Assembly (NCBI GenBank): GCA_964016885.1
Contig: OZ024758.1
Coordinates: 26,412,001-26,476,000 of the forward strand
Direction: 5' to 3'
Source of the DNA: Eledone cirrhosa
Taxonomy: Eukaryota
Length of the DNA stretch: 64,000 nt
Below the pieces are notes generated by a model. It was given only the letters and a program-made list of their open reading frames with translations. It did not search any database and was not told the DNA's origin. The translations under genes and the position numbers were made by a program. Below are positions 1 through 14,003 of the stretch, in pieces (the stretch's first letter is position 1; the number at the start of each line of letters is the position of its first letter).

Positions 1-153
1 ATCATTTCATTTTACGTCCACTTTTCCCTGCTTGCAAGGGTGGGACAGGAACTGATTCTGGCTTGATTTCTACAGCTGGATGCCCTTCCTAACACCAACC
101 TCATTTACAGTGAGTGCTGGGTGCTTTTTTGCCGTGGCACCTCCACGTCCACT
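1..153 (-). mobile_element. SINE family S1 3' part (RTE-derived tail), truncated
   Basis: Reverse complement of the S1 tail GTTAGGAAGGGCATCCAGCTGTAGAAATCAAGCCAGAATCAGTTCC...GGACGTAAAATGAAATGAT seen in the full copies at 16630, 40663 and 56944. Confidence 0.85.
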
Positions 154-292
154 TTACAGTCTATATATGGGTGTATATATATATATATATATTTTAGAAA
201 CGATCGACTTTCGTCAAATCGGACCGAGGGAACAATGTTTCCGTTGGTCTTTTCAATTGCTAATACTATCTATCGGTCGCAAACTCCAGGTA

Positions 293-416
293 GAAGGAGC
301 AACGTGAAATAAAGTGTCTTGCTCAAGGACATAACGCATCGCCTGGTCCACGAATCAAACTCACAATCTTACGATTGCGAATCCAATTCTCTAACCACTC
401 AGCCACACACCTTCAC
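293..416 (-). mobile_element. tRNA-derived SINE head with CORE-like domain (older variant)
   Basis: Minus strand reads GTGTGGCTGAGTGGTTAGAG (A box)...GAGTTTGATTC (B-box-like)...GTCCTTGAGCAAGACACTTTATTTCACGTTGCTCC. Confidence 0.7.
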
Positions 417-418
417 TA

Positions 419-700
419 AATATATATATATATACACACATAAATATAAAATATATATATATATACACACATAAATATAAAATATATATATATATACACA
501 CATAAATATAAAATATATATATATATATACACACATAAATATAAAATATATATATATATATACACACATAAATATAAAATATATATATATATATACACAC
601 ATAAATATAAAATATATATATATATACACACATAAATATAAAATATATATATATATACACACATAAATATAAAATATATATATATATACACACATATATA
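419..700. repeat. AT-rich minisatellite, ~29-33 bp unit AAAT(AT)nACACACATAAATAT, ~9 copies
   Basis: Directly visible tandem repeat with variable (AT)n length; it accounts for the CIYIYI-type ORFs. Confidence 0.95.
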
Positions 701-1883
701 CAGTTGTCCCCTGGTATTCGTAGGGGTTACGTTCCTAAAGCCCTCATGAAGATTGAAAAGCTGCGAATATTGGACGTGGTACATAAAAAGGCCTATAAAC
801 GTCAAAATATAACATAAAATATTTTTTAAAAAGAGGGAGTATCTTATGTGAAGGGCCGTCCAATAGGCAGGCAAATACAGTATATTGTTATTAATTATTT
901 ATCGTTAAAAATATATATATTTGCCACAAAGATATTTACAATTGCATGAATATGCGGTGGTTTCCACAAACAATTATTATTTAGGTTCTCAGGAAAATCC
1001 CTCGAATAACCAGGACCGAGAATGTTGGAGGTACACTGTATTGTGTCATGGTTGCTGTAAATATAATAATAATAATAATGAAATATTGTGTACAGTGCTC
1101 AGGTGCACTACAACTCATCAAAAAGTGTATGTATAGTACATAGGGTAATGTACAAACATCAGGAAAATGAACAGTGCATGAGTCATGATACACACTTATA
1201 ATTGGTGTTCAGTAATGTTATATAGCATAAAGCATGTATATATATTTATATATAATGTATACAACGTCTGTAGTTAGTGTTTTGGGTTGTTGTTGTTTTT
1301 TAAATAATTCATTGTTACTGCTGTGAAAAAATATGTTCAATGTGTGTGTGTGTCATTATAGTGTTATACTCATTGAAGCATAGGGTGGGGCCATGAAAGA
1401 GTTATTTGTCTTGCTCTCTCTCCTACTCAGCAAGGGTTCCACCTCCAAGACCAGCCTACTGTTCTTTAAATTCATTGAAAGATTAATTAAAGATTATTAG
1501 TGGGTCATGAAGGAGGGAGGTAGGGATGTTTAGAGAGAAATACTATGAATAGGAGTTCAAAGGAGGGTGGAGAGTGAAAGCAGCTGAAATAAGAGAGCAT
1601 AACAATAGAACTGAGAATAATAATATAACAATATAACTCTCCAAATATAAAGATCTAGAGATAGAAATAACTCGAATGTGGAAATGAAAACAGAAACAAT
1701 ACCTATAATGATAGGTGCCCTAGAAATGATAAAAACGCAGTCAAATACATAGCCAAAACCCCAGGACTTACAAATATATACAGCATGCAAAAGATAACAC
1801 TGGGCCTGCATGCATTATATAGAGTACCCCAAGTCTTATAGACACACACATGTGTGTATATATATATATATATGTGTGTGTAA

Positions 1884-1927
<44 letters not shown>

Positions 1928-1929
<2 letters not shown>

Positions 1930-2220
1930 AGGCACATGGCAATTTGCAGACCGGGTGATGTGTTGTTTCCTTGAGCAAGACACTTTATTTCACATTGCTC
2001 CAGTTTACTCAGCTGCAAAGTGGTCATGGAGGTACCACAGCAAAAAAAAGCACCCAGCCCACACTGTAAAGTGGACGTGTAGGCGCCACGGAAAAAAAAA
2101 GCACCCAGTACTCACTGTAAATGAGGTTGGTGTTAGGAAGGGCATCCAGCTGTAGAAATCAAGCCAGAATAAGTTCCCGTCCCACCCTTGCAAGCAGGGA
2201 AAAGCAGACATAAAATGACA
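1928..2220 (+). mobile_element. SINE family S1, head partly deleted
   Basis: GGAGGCACATGGC head, CORE-like GTTTCCTTGAGCAAGACACTTTATTTCACATTGCTCCAG, RTE-type tail. Confidence 0.85.
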
Positions 2221-2589
2221 ATAAAATGACGATATATATATAAACGTGGTTGGTGTTAGGAAAGGCATCCAGCCGTAGAAAACCTGCCAGACAGTCCTAT
2301 ACGAGCGAGACACGGTCTCCCGACCAATCTTGCCTCAGGTGGGACAACTCCCGTCTAAACCCATGCTAGCGTGGAAGATAGACATTAAACGATGATGATG
2401 ATGATGATGATATATATACACAGCATACAAAAGACAGAATTACTAGGCACTGCACACATTATGAAAAGTACTATCAATACAATAAAAGCAACATCAGCAA
2501 CAACGACACTGCACATACGCAAGGCACACAGAGCTGTGCTCAGTAAAGCAGTAATGATGTGCGATAAAAATAATAATGGAAATAATAAT

Positions 2590-2772
2590 AATTGTTTCTA
2601 CGTTTGGCACAAGGGGCCAGCAATTACCCCAGTGCATTACTGGTACTTTATTTTATCGACCCCCATAAAGATGAAAGGCAAAGTTAACCTCGGCTGGATT
2701 TGAACTCAGAATGGAAAGGGCCGTAACTCTGTGCGTCAAAGCATGGCGTCCGACCCTCTACCATTACTGCCA
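2590..2772 (-). mobile_element. SINE family S2 (~190 bp)
   Basis: Reverse complement of TGGCAGTA..GGTAGAGGGTCGGACGCCATGC...GAGTTCAAATCC...CTTTGCCTTTCATC...GGGGTCGATAAAATAAAGTACCAG...GCCTTGTGCC..AGTAGAAACAATT. About 20 full or partial copies in the window (e.g. 4842, 7246, 10488, 11619, 15041, 18295, 24331, 27050-27480, 37510, 49675, 55435, 56571, 57553, 57929). Confidence 0.85.
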
Positions 2773-2815
2773 ATAATAATAATAATAAAATCTTGCTATC
2801 GGCCAATAAGAATCA

Positions 2816-2867
<52 letters not shown>

Positions 2868-5106
2868 GTGCGTAGTATTGTTCTCAGCAGGAGAGTGTGT
2901 AACATTTGGACATTTTTTTAATGGAATCTACGTAAAAGATAAACATTTAGAAGCTCTCTGCTGATTATCTGAGTATCTCAGGTGTGAGCTGATAAAAATA
3001 TTTCAAGACAGTAGGCATTTCTTTTTCTTTTTTATCTACCACTTTAAAAACATCTTGTATGGGGTGGGAGGCTAGACTATTGCAGCCAACCCCCATCTCC
3101 CACCAGACTTATCATCTCTTCTCCTCTTGATACCTATACTGTGTCTCCGTGTTCTATATTAACCACTATGTTTAATTCTTCTTCAGAAAGTATGAAACCC
3201 AGGAATCCCCCCCCCCCCTGCCCATGTTTTTCCTATTGTTATTGACTTCAAACAACATCAAACAGACTGATCTCAATGATATTTCGAGGGCCTGCAAAGT
3301 CTATGGGCACATACCCTACTTGTAGACCAAATCATGAATTCCCTTTTTTTTAATCCATGATATAAGTAGCTATAGCAGAAATTTGTAAATGGATCAAAGT
3401 TTTCTCTCTCTCTCTCTCTAACAGAGGAATAGTTAGTCGTTAACAATATGACAAAATTATTTAAAGACAAATTTTTATATTTTATAGCTCATCCTTGTTC
3501 CACTAATTGCTGCTGTTTACCACCCATCCCCAACCTCTGGGGGTCAACTCTGAAAAAGCAGACCTGTGATGAACGCTTTTCCAACTATGTCCTCCATATC
3601 ATCTTTTATTTAGACAAACTACATCTAGTATTTTGCCTTTCACCCATTCGAGGTTGATAAAAAAAAGTACCAAAACCGGCCGAAATTCTCTACCTTTTTC
3701 TGTTAAAACTGGCTGCAACTGGTCACTCATACTGATGTTAAGGTATTGTTCTCAAAATAAATACTTTCAAAATCTCATAGATTCGATATTATGTGAGATA
3801 ATTATGTGAGATAAAGCCTTTACCACGAAAATATAATAGTAAATATAAAGTAATGTAATAAAGGGTTAAGTACTGAGGTTGATTATTCCTCTATATATCT
3901 TTCTCATTTCCATTCTCTCACTCTCTATTCTTCCTTTCCTTCTCTGGAAGAAATCTGCTGTGTTCAGACCTAGAGAGGAGATGAGCTCCATTTGTGGGGT
4001 TTAAAAATGCTCTAGAAATTCTGTATGTCAATATGGCGCCCCAAAGACTTCCCCAGCAGTTACGGGTCCTTACATACATATCTAGTATTATATTATCCAT
4101 TCTTTTCTTCCATTTTTGTTCTTATGCTGAAGTGTGATCTGAAAGATTTAACTGCTGTTTCTAGCAGGTCAACCGAATACGTAAAGACTCCTTTGTATAT
4201 TGTGTAATTGACCCACTGGTTAATTGTATACACAGAATGTGGGTCAATTATATTCATTTTGAAAGAACCCCATTATTTATGGATTCTATTACAGTATAAA
4301 GGTTTTGTTACATAGCTTAATAAAAAAAATAATTTAGACTGTAACTTATATGCTTGTAATAGTAGTTTACAAAGTCTGGGTTTCATGATACAAGCTGCTG
4401 TACAATCACTCAACCATCTAAGAAATAGCAACCAAGTAACTATCAAATCACATCCTACTGTCTTTAAAAGTGAAGGACAGGCTGGATAATGTAATTCTAG
4501 ATACACTATGCTGGGAAAAAAGAAATATGGTCATAATTGGAATACCTTCAGTCATAGGTTCGCTCAGTTAGACCTGAGGGGTCTGGTTCATTTGAGGGGT
4601 CTCTCTCGAGCCCTGAAGCTCATCAGGCCGGTACTTATCCTGGTTTCCGTGGCAAGAAGTGACTGAATAGAAGACTGCCCCCTGGAAACGACACCAGTCC
4701 ATCACAGGGTTAAACCCCCAGCTATTGTTGGTACTCATTTTCAGCTGAGTATAGTGGAGCAACGTGAAATGAAGTGTTTTGCTCAAGATCTCAACACACA
4801 AGACTTGGTCTTGCTCTTAGGGAAAACGTATATTAAATGATAATTGTTTCTACTTTTCGCACAAGACCAGCAATTACCTCAGTTTGTTACTGGTACTTCA
4901 TTTTATCGACTCCGTAAGGATGAAAAGCTAAGTTAATCTCGGCAGGTTTTGAACTCAGATCATAAAGGGCTGTAACACTATGCTGCAAAGCTTGGTGTCC
5001 GACCCTCTACTGATTCTGCCAATCCACCACCCTAAATGATGACTTCACCATGATACCTAAAAAAAATTGATGCCTATCTCACTGTGAAAACATGTTTAAT
5101 GTTAAT

Positions 5107-6064
5107 TAAACCCTTTAGTATTCACATTACTCTATATATACTATTATATTTCCATGGTAAAGGCTTTACCTTACATAATTATCTCACATAACATTCACAT
5201 TACTCTATATATACTATTATATTTTCATGGTAAAGGCTTTATCTCACATAACATTCACATTACTCTATATATACTATTATATGTTAATGGTAAAGGCTTT
5301 ACCTCACATAATATCTCACATAACATTTACATTACTCTATATATACTATTATATTTTCATGGTAAAGGCTTTATCTCACATAACATTCACATTACTCTAT
5401 ATATACTATTATATTTTCATGGTAAAGGCTTTACCTCACATAATATCTCACATAACATTTACATTACTCTATATATACTATTACATTTTAATGGTAAAGG
5501 CTTTACCTCACATAATTATCTCATAACATTCACATTACTCTATATACACTATTATATTTTAATGGTAAAGGCTTTATCTCACATAACATTCACATTACTC
5601 TATATATACTATTATATGTTAATGGTAAAGGCTTTACCTCACATAACATTTACATTACTCTATATATACTATTATATTTTAATGGTAAAGGCTTTATCTC
5701 ACATAATATCTTACATAACATTTACATTACTCTATATATACTGTTATATTTTAATGGTAAAGGCTTTACCTCACATAACATTTACATTACTCTATATATA
5801 CTATTACATTTTAATGGTAAAGGCTTTACCTCACATAATTATCTCATAACATTCACATTACTCTATATATACTATTATATTTTCATGGTAAAGGCGTTAC
5901 TTCACATAATTATCTCACATAATATCGAATGTATGAGATTTTGAAAGTATTTATTTTGAGAACAATACCATAACATCAGTTTGAGTGACCAGTTACAGCC
6001 AGTTTCAACAGAAAGAGGTAGAGAATTCTGCCAGTTTTGGCCGGTTTGAACACTAAAGGGTTAA
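5107..6064. mobile_element. piggyBac-like MITE with internal tandem expansion
   Basis: Ends (T)AAACCCTTTAG...AAAGGG-TTAA. Unexpanded ~200-250 bp copies with TTAA-CCC...GGG-TTAA ends occur elsewhere. Here a ~60-75 bp sub-terminal block is repeated about 12 times. Confidence 0.8.
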
Positions 6065-6528
6065 ATGAATATGTGTAATACAAAATTTAGTAAAACTATT
6101 CCTCGGGGAGACATGCACCGACATTCAGAATCACTGCTCTAGATATTCCCACTCTCTGGATCTTTTAATAAAACAATTTATACATGCTGGGGAAACTTGA
6201 CATCCACAATAGTACATATTCTAGAAAACAGGTCTGCTGTGTTTACACTGAGTAAATAAATGTATTTATAGGGATGAACTGCAAATATTCTGTACTTTCA
6301 AAATTATAAATACATTCCCTATGTTCTTTTTAATATGTCAATTCTTTCTATAAATAGCCTTGTATATTATTTTGCAATATCATAGTTTAAATGATGAATA
6401 CAAATGCCAAATGTTCTGGGGAGAAGCTATTAATAGAATGGGTGATATCTTGCACACTACATTTGAACAAGTCTTTTTGCAAGTCAGTCAATCCAGTACG
6501 TTGAAGATCACATTAAAAAGCTTCAAGT

Positions 6529-6774
6529 TTAACCCTTTAGCATTTAAACCGGCCATATCCGGCCAGAATTCTCTCACCTCTTACTATTCAAACCAACCCT
6601 AACTGGCCACTCATACTGACATTAAGGTGTTGTTTTTAAAATAAATAACATCAAAATATTGTAGATTCAATATTTGAGATAATTATGAAAGCTTTTACCA
6701 CAAAAATACAATAGTATATATGTATAAAAATTTCATATTTCTAAAGAAACACGGTATGTTTACAAAAGGGTTAA
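6529..6774. mobile_element. piggyBac-like MITE (TTAA-CCCTTTAG...AAAGGG-TTAA)
   Basis: CCC/GGG termini flanked by TTAA are established piggyBac hallmarks. Further full or partial copies at ~3672-3869, 32472-32666, 33978-34407 (two in tandem), 37173-37380, 51368-51566, 52557-52784, 59191-59430, 61936-62050 and 63328-63540. Confidence 0.8.
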
Positions 6775-6799
6775 AACATGACAGCATGGAAAAATAGAT

Positions 6800-7220
6800 G
6801 TCATCATCATCATCATCATCATCATCATTATCATCATCGTTTAACGTCTATCTTCCACACTAGCATGGGTTTAGAACGTAATTGTCCCACTTGATTGTCC
6901 CACGTAATTGTCCCACAGGCAAGATTGGTCGTCTCACTCGTATAGGACTGTCTGGCAAGTTTTCTACAGCTGGATGCCCTTCCTAACACGAACCACGTTT
7001 ACAGTGTGGACTGGGAGGTTTTTACCGTGTTACCTACACGGCCACATTACAGCGTGGACTGTGTGTGTTTTTTTTTTTTTTTTTGTCGTGTCACCTACAC
7101 GACGACCTCATTTATTTAGGACTGGATGCTGTGGCACCAACATAACATTACAGAGATGGGGGTGGGGTGGGGGAGTTGGGGGTAGTGGGATGGGGGTGTA
7201 TATTTGATTAAGAGGTGCCA
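6800..7220 (-). mobile_element. RTE LINE 3' UTR fragment with (ATG)n tail
   Basis: Same sequence as the 3' UTR attached to the RTE ORF end at 20246-21125. Confidence 0.75.
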
Positions 7221-7245
7221 AAAATACACCCCCATGTAAAAACAA

Positions 7246-7438
7246 TAATTGTTTCTACGTTAGGCACAAGGCCAGCAATTACCCAGTGCATTACTGGTAC
7301 TTTATTTTATCGACCCCCGTAAGGATGAAAGGCAAAGTTAACCTCGGCGGGATTTGAACTCAGAATGGCAAGGGTCGTAACTCTATGCGTCAAAGCATGG
7401 CGTCCGAGCCTCTACCGATACTGCCAATCCACCGCCCT
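7246..7438 (-). mobile_element. SINE S2, full length, with target-site duplication
   Basis: Complete S2 flanked by AAAAACAATAAT (~7238 and ~7440). Confidence 0.9.
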
Positions 7439-7861
7439 CAAAAACAATAATGATGGTGAAGATGTCTAGTAAATTAACCGTTGTTAGAATTGTTACTTTA
7501 TCTAGAATTTATAGTTTGAATACATATGATATATATTATACTATTTATATTTAGATCATGAGCAAAATACTCTGAAGAATTGTAAAATATGAACATTTTA
7601 TCCAAAACAGTAAAAGAACAATTAAATAACACATCAGAAAAGCAATTAAAAGTCTTCTTATTAAAGACCAGAATACATATGTTTGTTGTTGAGTTAGTGT
7701 GAGTCCCACAACGCCAGAGAGGTCATTAGTATAGCACTGCAGATATTGTCTTCAATAGATGTCTAAGTGATGTCAATGAGAGTTAAGTGTTTTTGTCAAG
7801 AACTGCAACACAACACAGTGAAGGAATATAAATTGTTGATATTTTGGTCTGTACTTTTAAC

Positions 7862-10173
7862 AACCATTTTACACATCAACAACACCAGAGAACAAAACCA
7901 ATGGGAAAGCCAATGGTTGTTGGACCAGCTAGAAATATCAGTCAAATTTCCCTCAAAACACAACCTATTATCATCATCATTTAATCAACCATTTTACACA
8001 TCGACAACACCAGAGAACAAAACCAATGGGAAAGCCAATGGTTGTTGGACCAGCTAGAAATATCAGTCAAATTTCCCTCAAAACACAACCTAGTATCATC
8101 ATCATTTAATCAACCATTTTACACATCAACAACACCAGAGAACAAAACCAATGGGAAAACCAATGGTTGTTGGACCAGCTAGAAATATCAGTCAAATTTC
8201 CCTCAAAACACAACCTATTATCATCATTTAATCAACCATTTTACACATCAACAACACCAGAGAACAAAACCAATGGGAAAACCAATGGTTGTTGGACCAG
8301 CTAGAAATATCAGTCAAATTTCCCTCAAAACACAACCTATTATCATCATTTAATCAACCATTTTACACATCGACAACACCAGAGAACAAAACCAATGGGA
8401 AAACCAATGGTTGTTGAACCAGCTAGAAATATCAGTCAAATTTCCCTCAAAACACAACCTATTATCATCATTTAATCAACCATTTTACACATCGACAACA
8501 CCAGAGAACAAAACCAATGGGAAAACCAATGGTTGTTGAACCAGCTAGAAATATCAGTCAAATTTCCCTCAAAACACAACCTATTATCATCATTTAATCA
8601 ACCATTTTACACATCAACAACACCAGAGAACAAAACCAATGGGAAAACCAATGGTTGTTGAACCAGCTAGAAATATCAGTCAAATTTCCCTCAAAACACA
8701 ACCTATTATCATCATCATTTAATCAACCATTTTACACATCAACAACACCAGAGAACAAAACCAATGGTAAAACCAATGGTTGTTGGACCAGCTAGAAATA
8801 TCAGTCAAATTTCCCTCAAAACACAACCTATTATCATCATTTAATCAACCATTTTACACATCAACAACACCAGAGAACAAAACCAATGGGAAAGCCAATG
8901 GTTGTTGGACCAGCTAGAAATATCAGTCAAATTTCCCTCAAAACACAACCTAGTATCATCATCATTTAATCAACCATTTTACACATCAACAACACCAGAG
9001 AACAAAACCAATGGGAAAACCAATGGTTGTTGAACCAGCTAGAAATATCAGTCAAATTTCCCTCAAAACACAACCTAGTATCATCATCATTTAATCAACC
9101 ATTTTACACATCAACAACACCAGAGAACAAAACCAATGGGAAAACCAATGGTTGTTGAACCAGCTAGAAATATCAGTCAAATTTCCCTCAAAACACAACC
9201 TAGTATCATCATCATTTAATCAACCATTTTACACATCGACAACACCAGAGAACAAAACCAATGGGAAAACCAATGGTTGTTGAACCAGCTAGAAATATCA
9301 GTCAAATTTCCCTCAAAACACAACCTATTATCATCATTTAATCAACCATTTTACACATCGACAACACCAGAGAACAAAACCAATGGGAAAACCAATGGTT
9401 GTTGGACCAGCTAGAAATATCAGTCAAATTTCCCTCAAAACACAACCTATTATCATCATCATTTAATCAACCATTTTACACATCAACAACACCAGAGAAC
9501 AAAACCAATGGGAAAACCAATGGTTGTTGAACCAGCTAGAAATATCAGTCAAATTTCCCTCAAAACACAACCTATTATCATCATTTAATCAACCATTTTA
9601 CACATCGACAACACCAGAGAACAAAACCAATGGGAAAACCAATGGTTGTTGGACCAGCTAGAAATATCAGTCAAATTTCCCTCAAAACACAACCTATTAT
9701 CATCATCATTTAATCAACCATTTTACACATCAACAACACCAGAGAACAAAACCAATGGGAAAACCAATGGTTGTTGAACCAGCTAGAAATATCAGTCAAA
9801 TTTCCCTCAAAACACAACCTATTATCATCATTTAATCAACCATTTTACACATCGACAACACCAGAGAACAAAACCAATGGGAAAGCCAATGGTTGTTGGA
9901 CCAGCTAGAAATATCAGTCAAATTTCCCTCAAAACACAACCTATTATCATCATTTAATCAACCATTTTACACATCGACAACACCAGAGAACAAAACCAAT
10001 GGGAAAACCAATGGTTGTTGAACCAGCTAGAAATATCAGTCAAATTTCCCTCAAAACACAACCTAGTATCATCATCATTTAATCAACCATTTTACACATC
10101 AACAACACCAGAGAATAAATAAAGCCAATGAGAAAGCTTCTACATGGTTGTTGAATCAGCTAGAAATATCAGT
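7862..10173. repeat. Satellite, 122/125 bp unit, ~18-19 near-identical copies
   Basis: Unit starts at 7862, 7987, 8112, 8234 and so on; length varies with an (ATC)n count. Confidence 0.97.
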
Positions 10174-10487
10174 CATCAGTTCATGTCCAGAGCTACTAAC
10201 TTCTCAGATGAGCTGGGGGGTATCTTGCTTACATATGTTTCCGTGTTCTACCGAGTGCATTTTATCATGTCACCAGCACTAGGAAGGTTGTCAGGTTTTT
10301 GACAAAAACAGAAGAGTCCTACCAACCCCTTGTTTGATAAGTTTTCTATGGTTGGATTCTCTTCCTTATCACCAAACACTTTACAGAGTGTACTGGGTGT
10401 ATTAAGTATTTATCATGTAGACCACCAACACCTGAGAAGTTGTCATGACTTTGACACATCTTAAAAGAAAGGAAGGATACATTAGAT

Positions 10488-10675
10488 AATTGTTTCTACT
10501 TTAGGCACAAGGCCAGCAATTACCCAGTGCATTACTGGTACTTTATTTTATCGACCCCGTAAGGATGAAAGGCAAAGTCAACCTCGGCGGGATTTGAACT
10601 CAGATCGTAAAGGGACGTAACTATGCTGGAAAGCATGGCGTCCGACCCTCTACCGATACTGCCAATCCACCGCCC
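10488..10675 (-). mobile_element. SINE S2, full length, with 19-bp TSD
   Basis: GAAGGATACATTAGATAAT at 10472-10490 and 10678-10696. A box TGGCAGTATCGG and B box GAGTTCAAATCC on the minus strand. Confidence 0.92.
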
Positions 10676-12139
10676 ATGAAGGATACATTAGATAATATAG
10701 GGGCTACTCAAACCGGGCTGACATGATGCTAAAACAAAAACAACTTGATAATATCATCAGGTACAATACATTTTAAATATTTTTTATTACAATACTTCTC
10801 TAAAGCTCCTACATGAAACTTAGGTCAGCCAGACACAAAGCACATACCTGCTAGAATAGTTGCAATGCCAGCTCCCTCACCGCCATCATCATCATTTAAA
10901 GTCTGTCTTCTCCTGGTAGTAAGTGTTGAACAAGTTATTAACAGCAAGAGTCAGTGCTCCGGGGAGATTACTAATCCCCTGAAGTGAGTAACTCAAGTCA
11001 TTTTCATTTGATCCTGTGTTCTGTATTTGGTTACCAGTTAATCTAATCTATCTAAGAAATTAATGTTGCTGCCCGACTAAGTCATTTCATCTACCTCTGT
11101 TGTAGTGGTCATCAGAGTGTTCAATAATAGATGTACAGATCAGACATCAAGTCATAAATAAGTAACATGTCCAGACATCCACATTAAACTACATATGAAA
11201 GATAGGAAGGGACTCCGTCAGTTACAACGAGCATTCCAGTTAATCCGTGAAATTAACGTGCAACTGGCTGAGCATTGCACAGACATGCATACCCTTACAG
11301 TAGTTCTCAGGGAGATTCAGCATGACGCAGAATGTAACAAGGCTGACTCTTCGAATTCCAGGCACGACTCAATTTTGCTGCTAGCTGAATGGACTGGAGC
11401 AACGTAAAATAAAGTGTCTTGCTCAAGGGCACAACGTGCCGCCGGAATTCAAACTCACAAACTTGCCACTGAGAGCCAAATACCCTAACCACAAAGCCAC
11501 ACACCTTCCATCTTTATCCTTTTTAAACTACATATAACTAACAAATATATGGTGAGTGTGCAGTAGAATTCCAGTTTATACTGTGAATGAAGCATGAGAC
11601 ATCTAGGGTGATTATCTATTGGCAGTATCGGTAGAGGGTCGGACGCCATGCTTTCCAGCATAGTTACGTCCCTTTACGATCTGAGTTCAAATCCCGCCGA
11701 GGTTGACTTTGCCTTTCATCCTTACGGGGTCGATAAAATAAAGTACCAGTAATGCACTGGGTAATTACTGGCCTTGTGCCTAAAGTAGAAACAATTATCT
11801 ATTTAGTCATTTATCCGTTTGTGTGTGTTGATTGGAATAATATATCAATCAATAGCTTCAATACAATAACAATTGAACTCCACACTAATCAAAGCAAACA
11901 CTAAGATAGAAAAATAAAAAAAATTCTTTATTTATTATCACAATTTGAAGACAATAGCATTGGTAGTGACAGGGTTTCAATATGGCAGCCACTGGTTCAC
12001 TAGTCTTGACAGCAGCAATAACAAGGGAGCACCACCAGTATTTTAGTTTTTTACAGATATACATTGGCAAAAGATATATGCATTCATATATGTGTGTATA
12101 CGATATATCCATATATATATATATGTACAAAATGAAACC

Positions 12140-12858
12140 TACTACAGTCAGTAGGCACCTCTAACAAAATAAACACACCCCCGTCCCACCACTCCCACCC
12201 CATCCACACCACCCCCTTAAATGTAAAGTTATGTTGGTGCCACAGCATCCAGTCCGAAACAAATGAGGTCGTGTAGGTGTCACGACAAAAAAAACACACA
12301 GTCCACGCTGTAATGTGGCCGTGTAGGTAACACGGTAAAAACCTCCCAGTTCCACACTGTAAACGTGGTTGGTGTTAGGAAGGGCATCCAGCTGTAGAAA
12401 ACCCGCCAGACAGTCCACGCTGTAATGTGGCCGTGTAGGTAACACGGTAAAAACCTCCCAGTTCCACACTGTAAACGTGGTTGGTGTTAGGAAGGGCATC
12501 CAGCTGTAGAAAACCCGCCAGACAGTCCACGCTGTAATGTGGCCGTGTAGGCAACACGGTAAAAACCTCCCAGTTCCACACTGTAAACGTGGTTGGTGTT
12601 AGGAAGGGCATCCAGCTGTAGAAAACCCGCCAGACAGTCCACGCTGTAATGTGGCCGTGTAGGCAACACGGTAAAAACCTCCCAGTCCCACACTGTAAAC
12701 GTGGTTGGTGTTAGGAAGGGCATCCAGCCGTAGAAAACCCGCCAGACAGTCCTATGCGAGCAAGACAACCACTCTTGCCTCAAGTGGGAAAACTCCCGTC
12801 CAAACCCATGCAAGCGTGGAAGATGGACGTTAAACGATGATGATGATGATGATGATGA
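12140..12858 (+). mobile_element. RTE LINE 3' UTR with 4 x 112 bp internal tandem repeat
   Basis: Matches the 3' UTR at 20246-20864. Units start at 12299, 12411, 12523 and 12635. Ends in (GAT)n. Confidence 0.85.
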
Positions 12859-12958
12859 TATATATCTTCTCACTCCATTGAGTGCTTTGTGATTACCTCA
12901 AACAACTCGAATAGTACCTGCTGTATGGTAGCTACAACTTTGGTTTATACCTAATATA

Positions 12959-12991
<33 letters not shown>

Positions 12992-13632
12992 TGTATGTAT
13001 GTTATGTCAGGTCACCAGTTGGTGCTACTGGTAACATGTATCCCAGTACAACCTGTCCCATGGTCGGGTCGTTGGCGACTAAACTGGCAACCCCACCAAG
13101 GTTTCTTGGTGAGGAGGGTGACTTTGGACATCCTGCAGGACTAAAAACAAAACCTGTCAAAGGGCAAAGGAGCTCTTAAGAGTCAATGGCCATCCAAAAT
13201 CACCGGGAGAGATGACCCCTTAGCCTTTGTCAAGGCAGAATTCTAGGAGAAGGAAAACTCTGATATAACACCTGCAACCCTGATGGTATCCAATGATGTT
13301 GACTTGTTCTTCTTTTTGGTAAATATCATCTTGGTTAAGAGAGTGGGACTGGCTTTGTGCAGTGCCTTTGCTCACTATAAAAGCTTCATGGCACAGGCAT
13401 TGCTTTATATCTGGAGATCTCTCTGCACTTGTCGTCACATGGTACCATGGGCCCAGCACTGTGTGTCAATAATTGTCACAAGTGTAGTGTTTGTACCCGA
13501 GCTTTCAAGTCGCTGGCTGGACTAAAAAGTCACACTCGTTCAGCGCATCGGTAGGGGTTCTCCTACATGGATATAAAGTAGTGGCCGTACTCGAAAACGA
13601 GTTGACAGCCACCATGTATGTATGTATGTATG

Positions 13633-13674
<42 letters not shown>

Positions 13675-14003
13675 TATTCATGTATACATGTATGTATATA
13701 TGTATATACATACATACATGTATGCATGTATGCATATATGAACGTATACATACATATATGTATATATACATCCATACATACATGTATGTATACATGCATA
13801 TATATATATGTATACATGCATATATATATACATGCATACATATGTGTATGTATACATACATATATATGTATATAGCTGCGTTATTAATGGTCGCACCCAT
13901 GCATAGCCATAGATAATATAAGTAAAATGAAAGTATTAATTCAGATAAATCATTTTTATTTCTTGACCATCCTAAGATTCAATCAAATAAAGTAAGAGTG
14001 GGT

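Noticed and set aside
80-307. Recurrent MPFLTPTSFTV... ORFs as a multigene peptide family
   Set aside because: They are antisense translations of the SINE/RTE tail, with frames varying between copies.
5154-5849. 231-aa hydrophobic repeat ORF
   Set aside because: Translation of the tandemly amplified MITE segment.
7862-10173. CRISPR-like regular array
   Set aside because: Units are near-identical along their whole length, with no unique spacers and no cas genes, in eukaryotic context.
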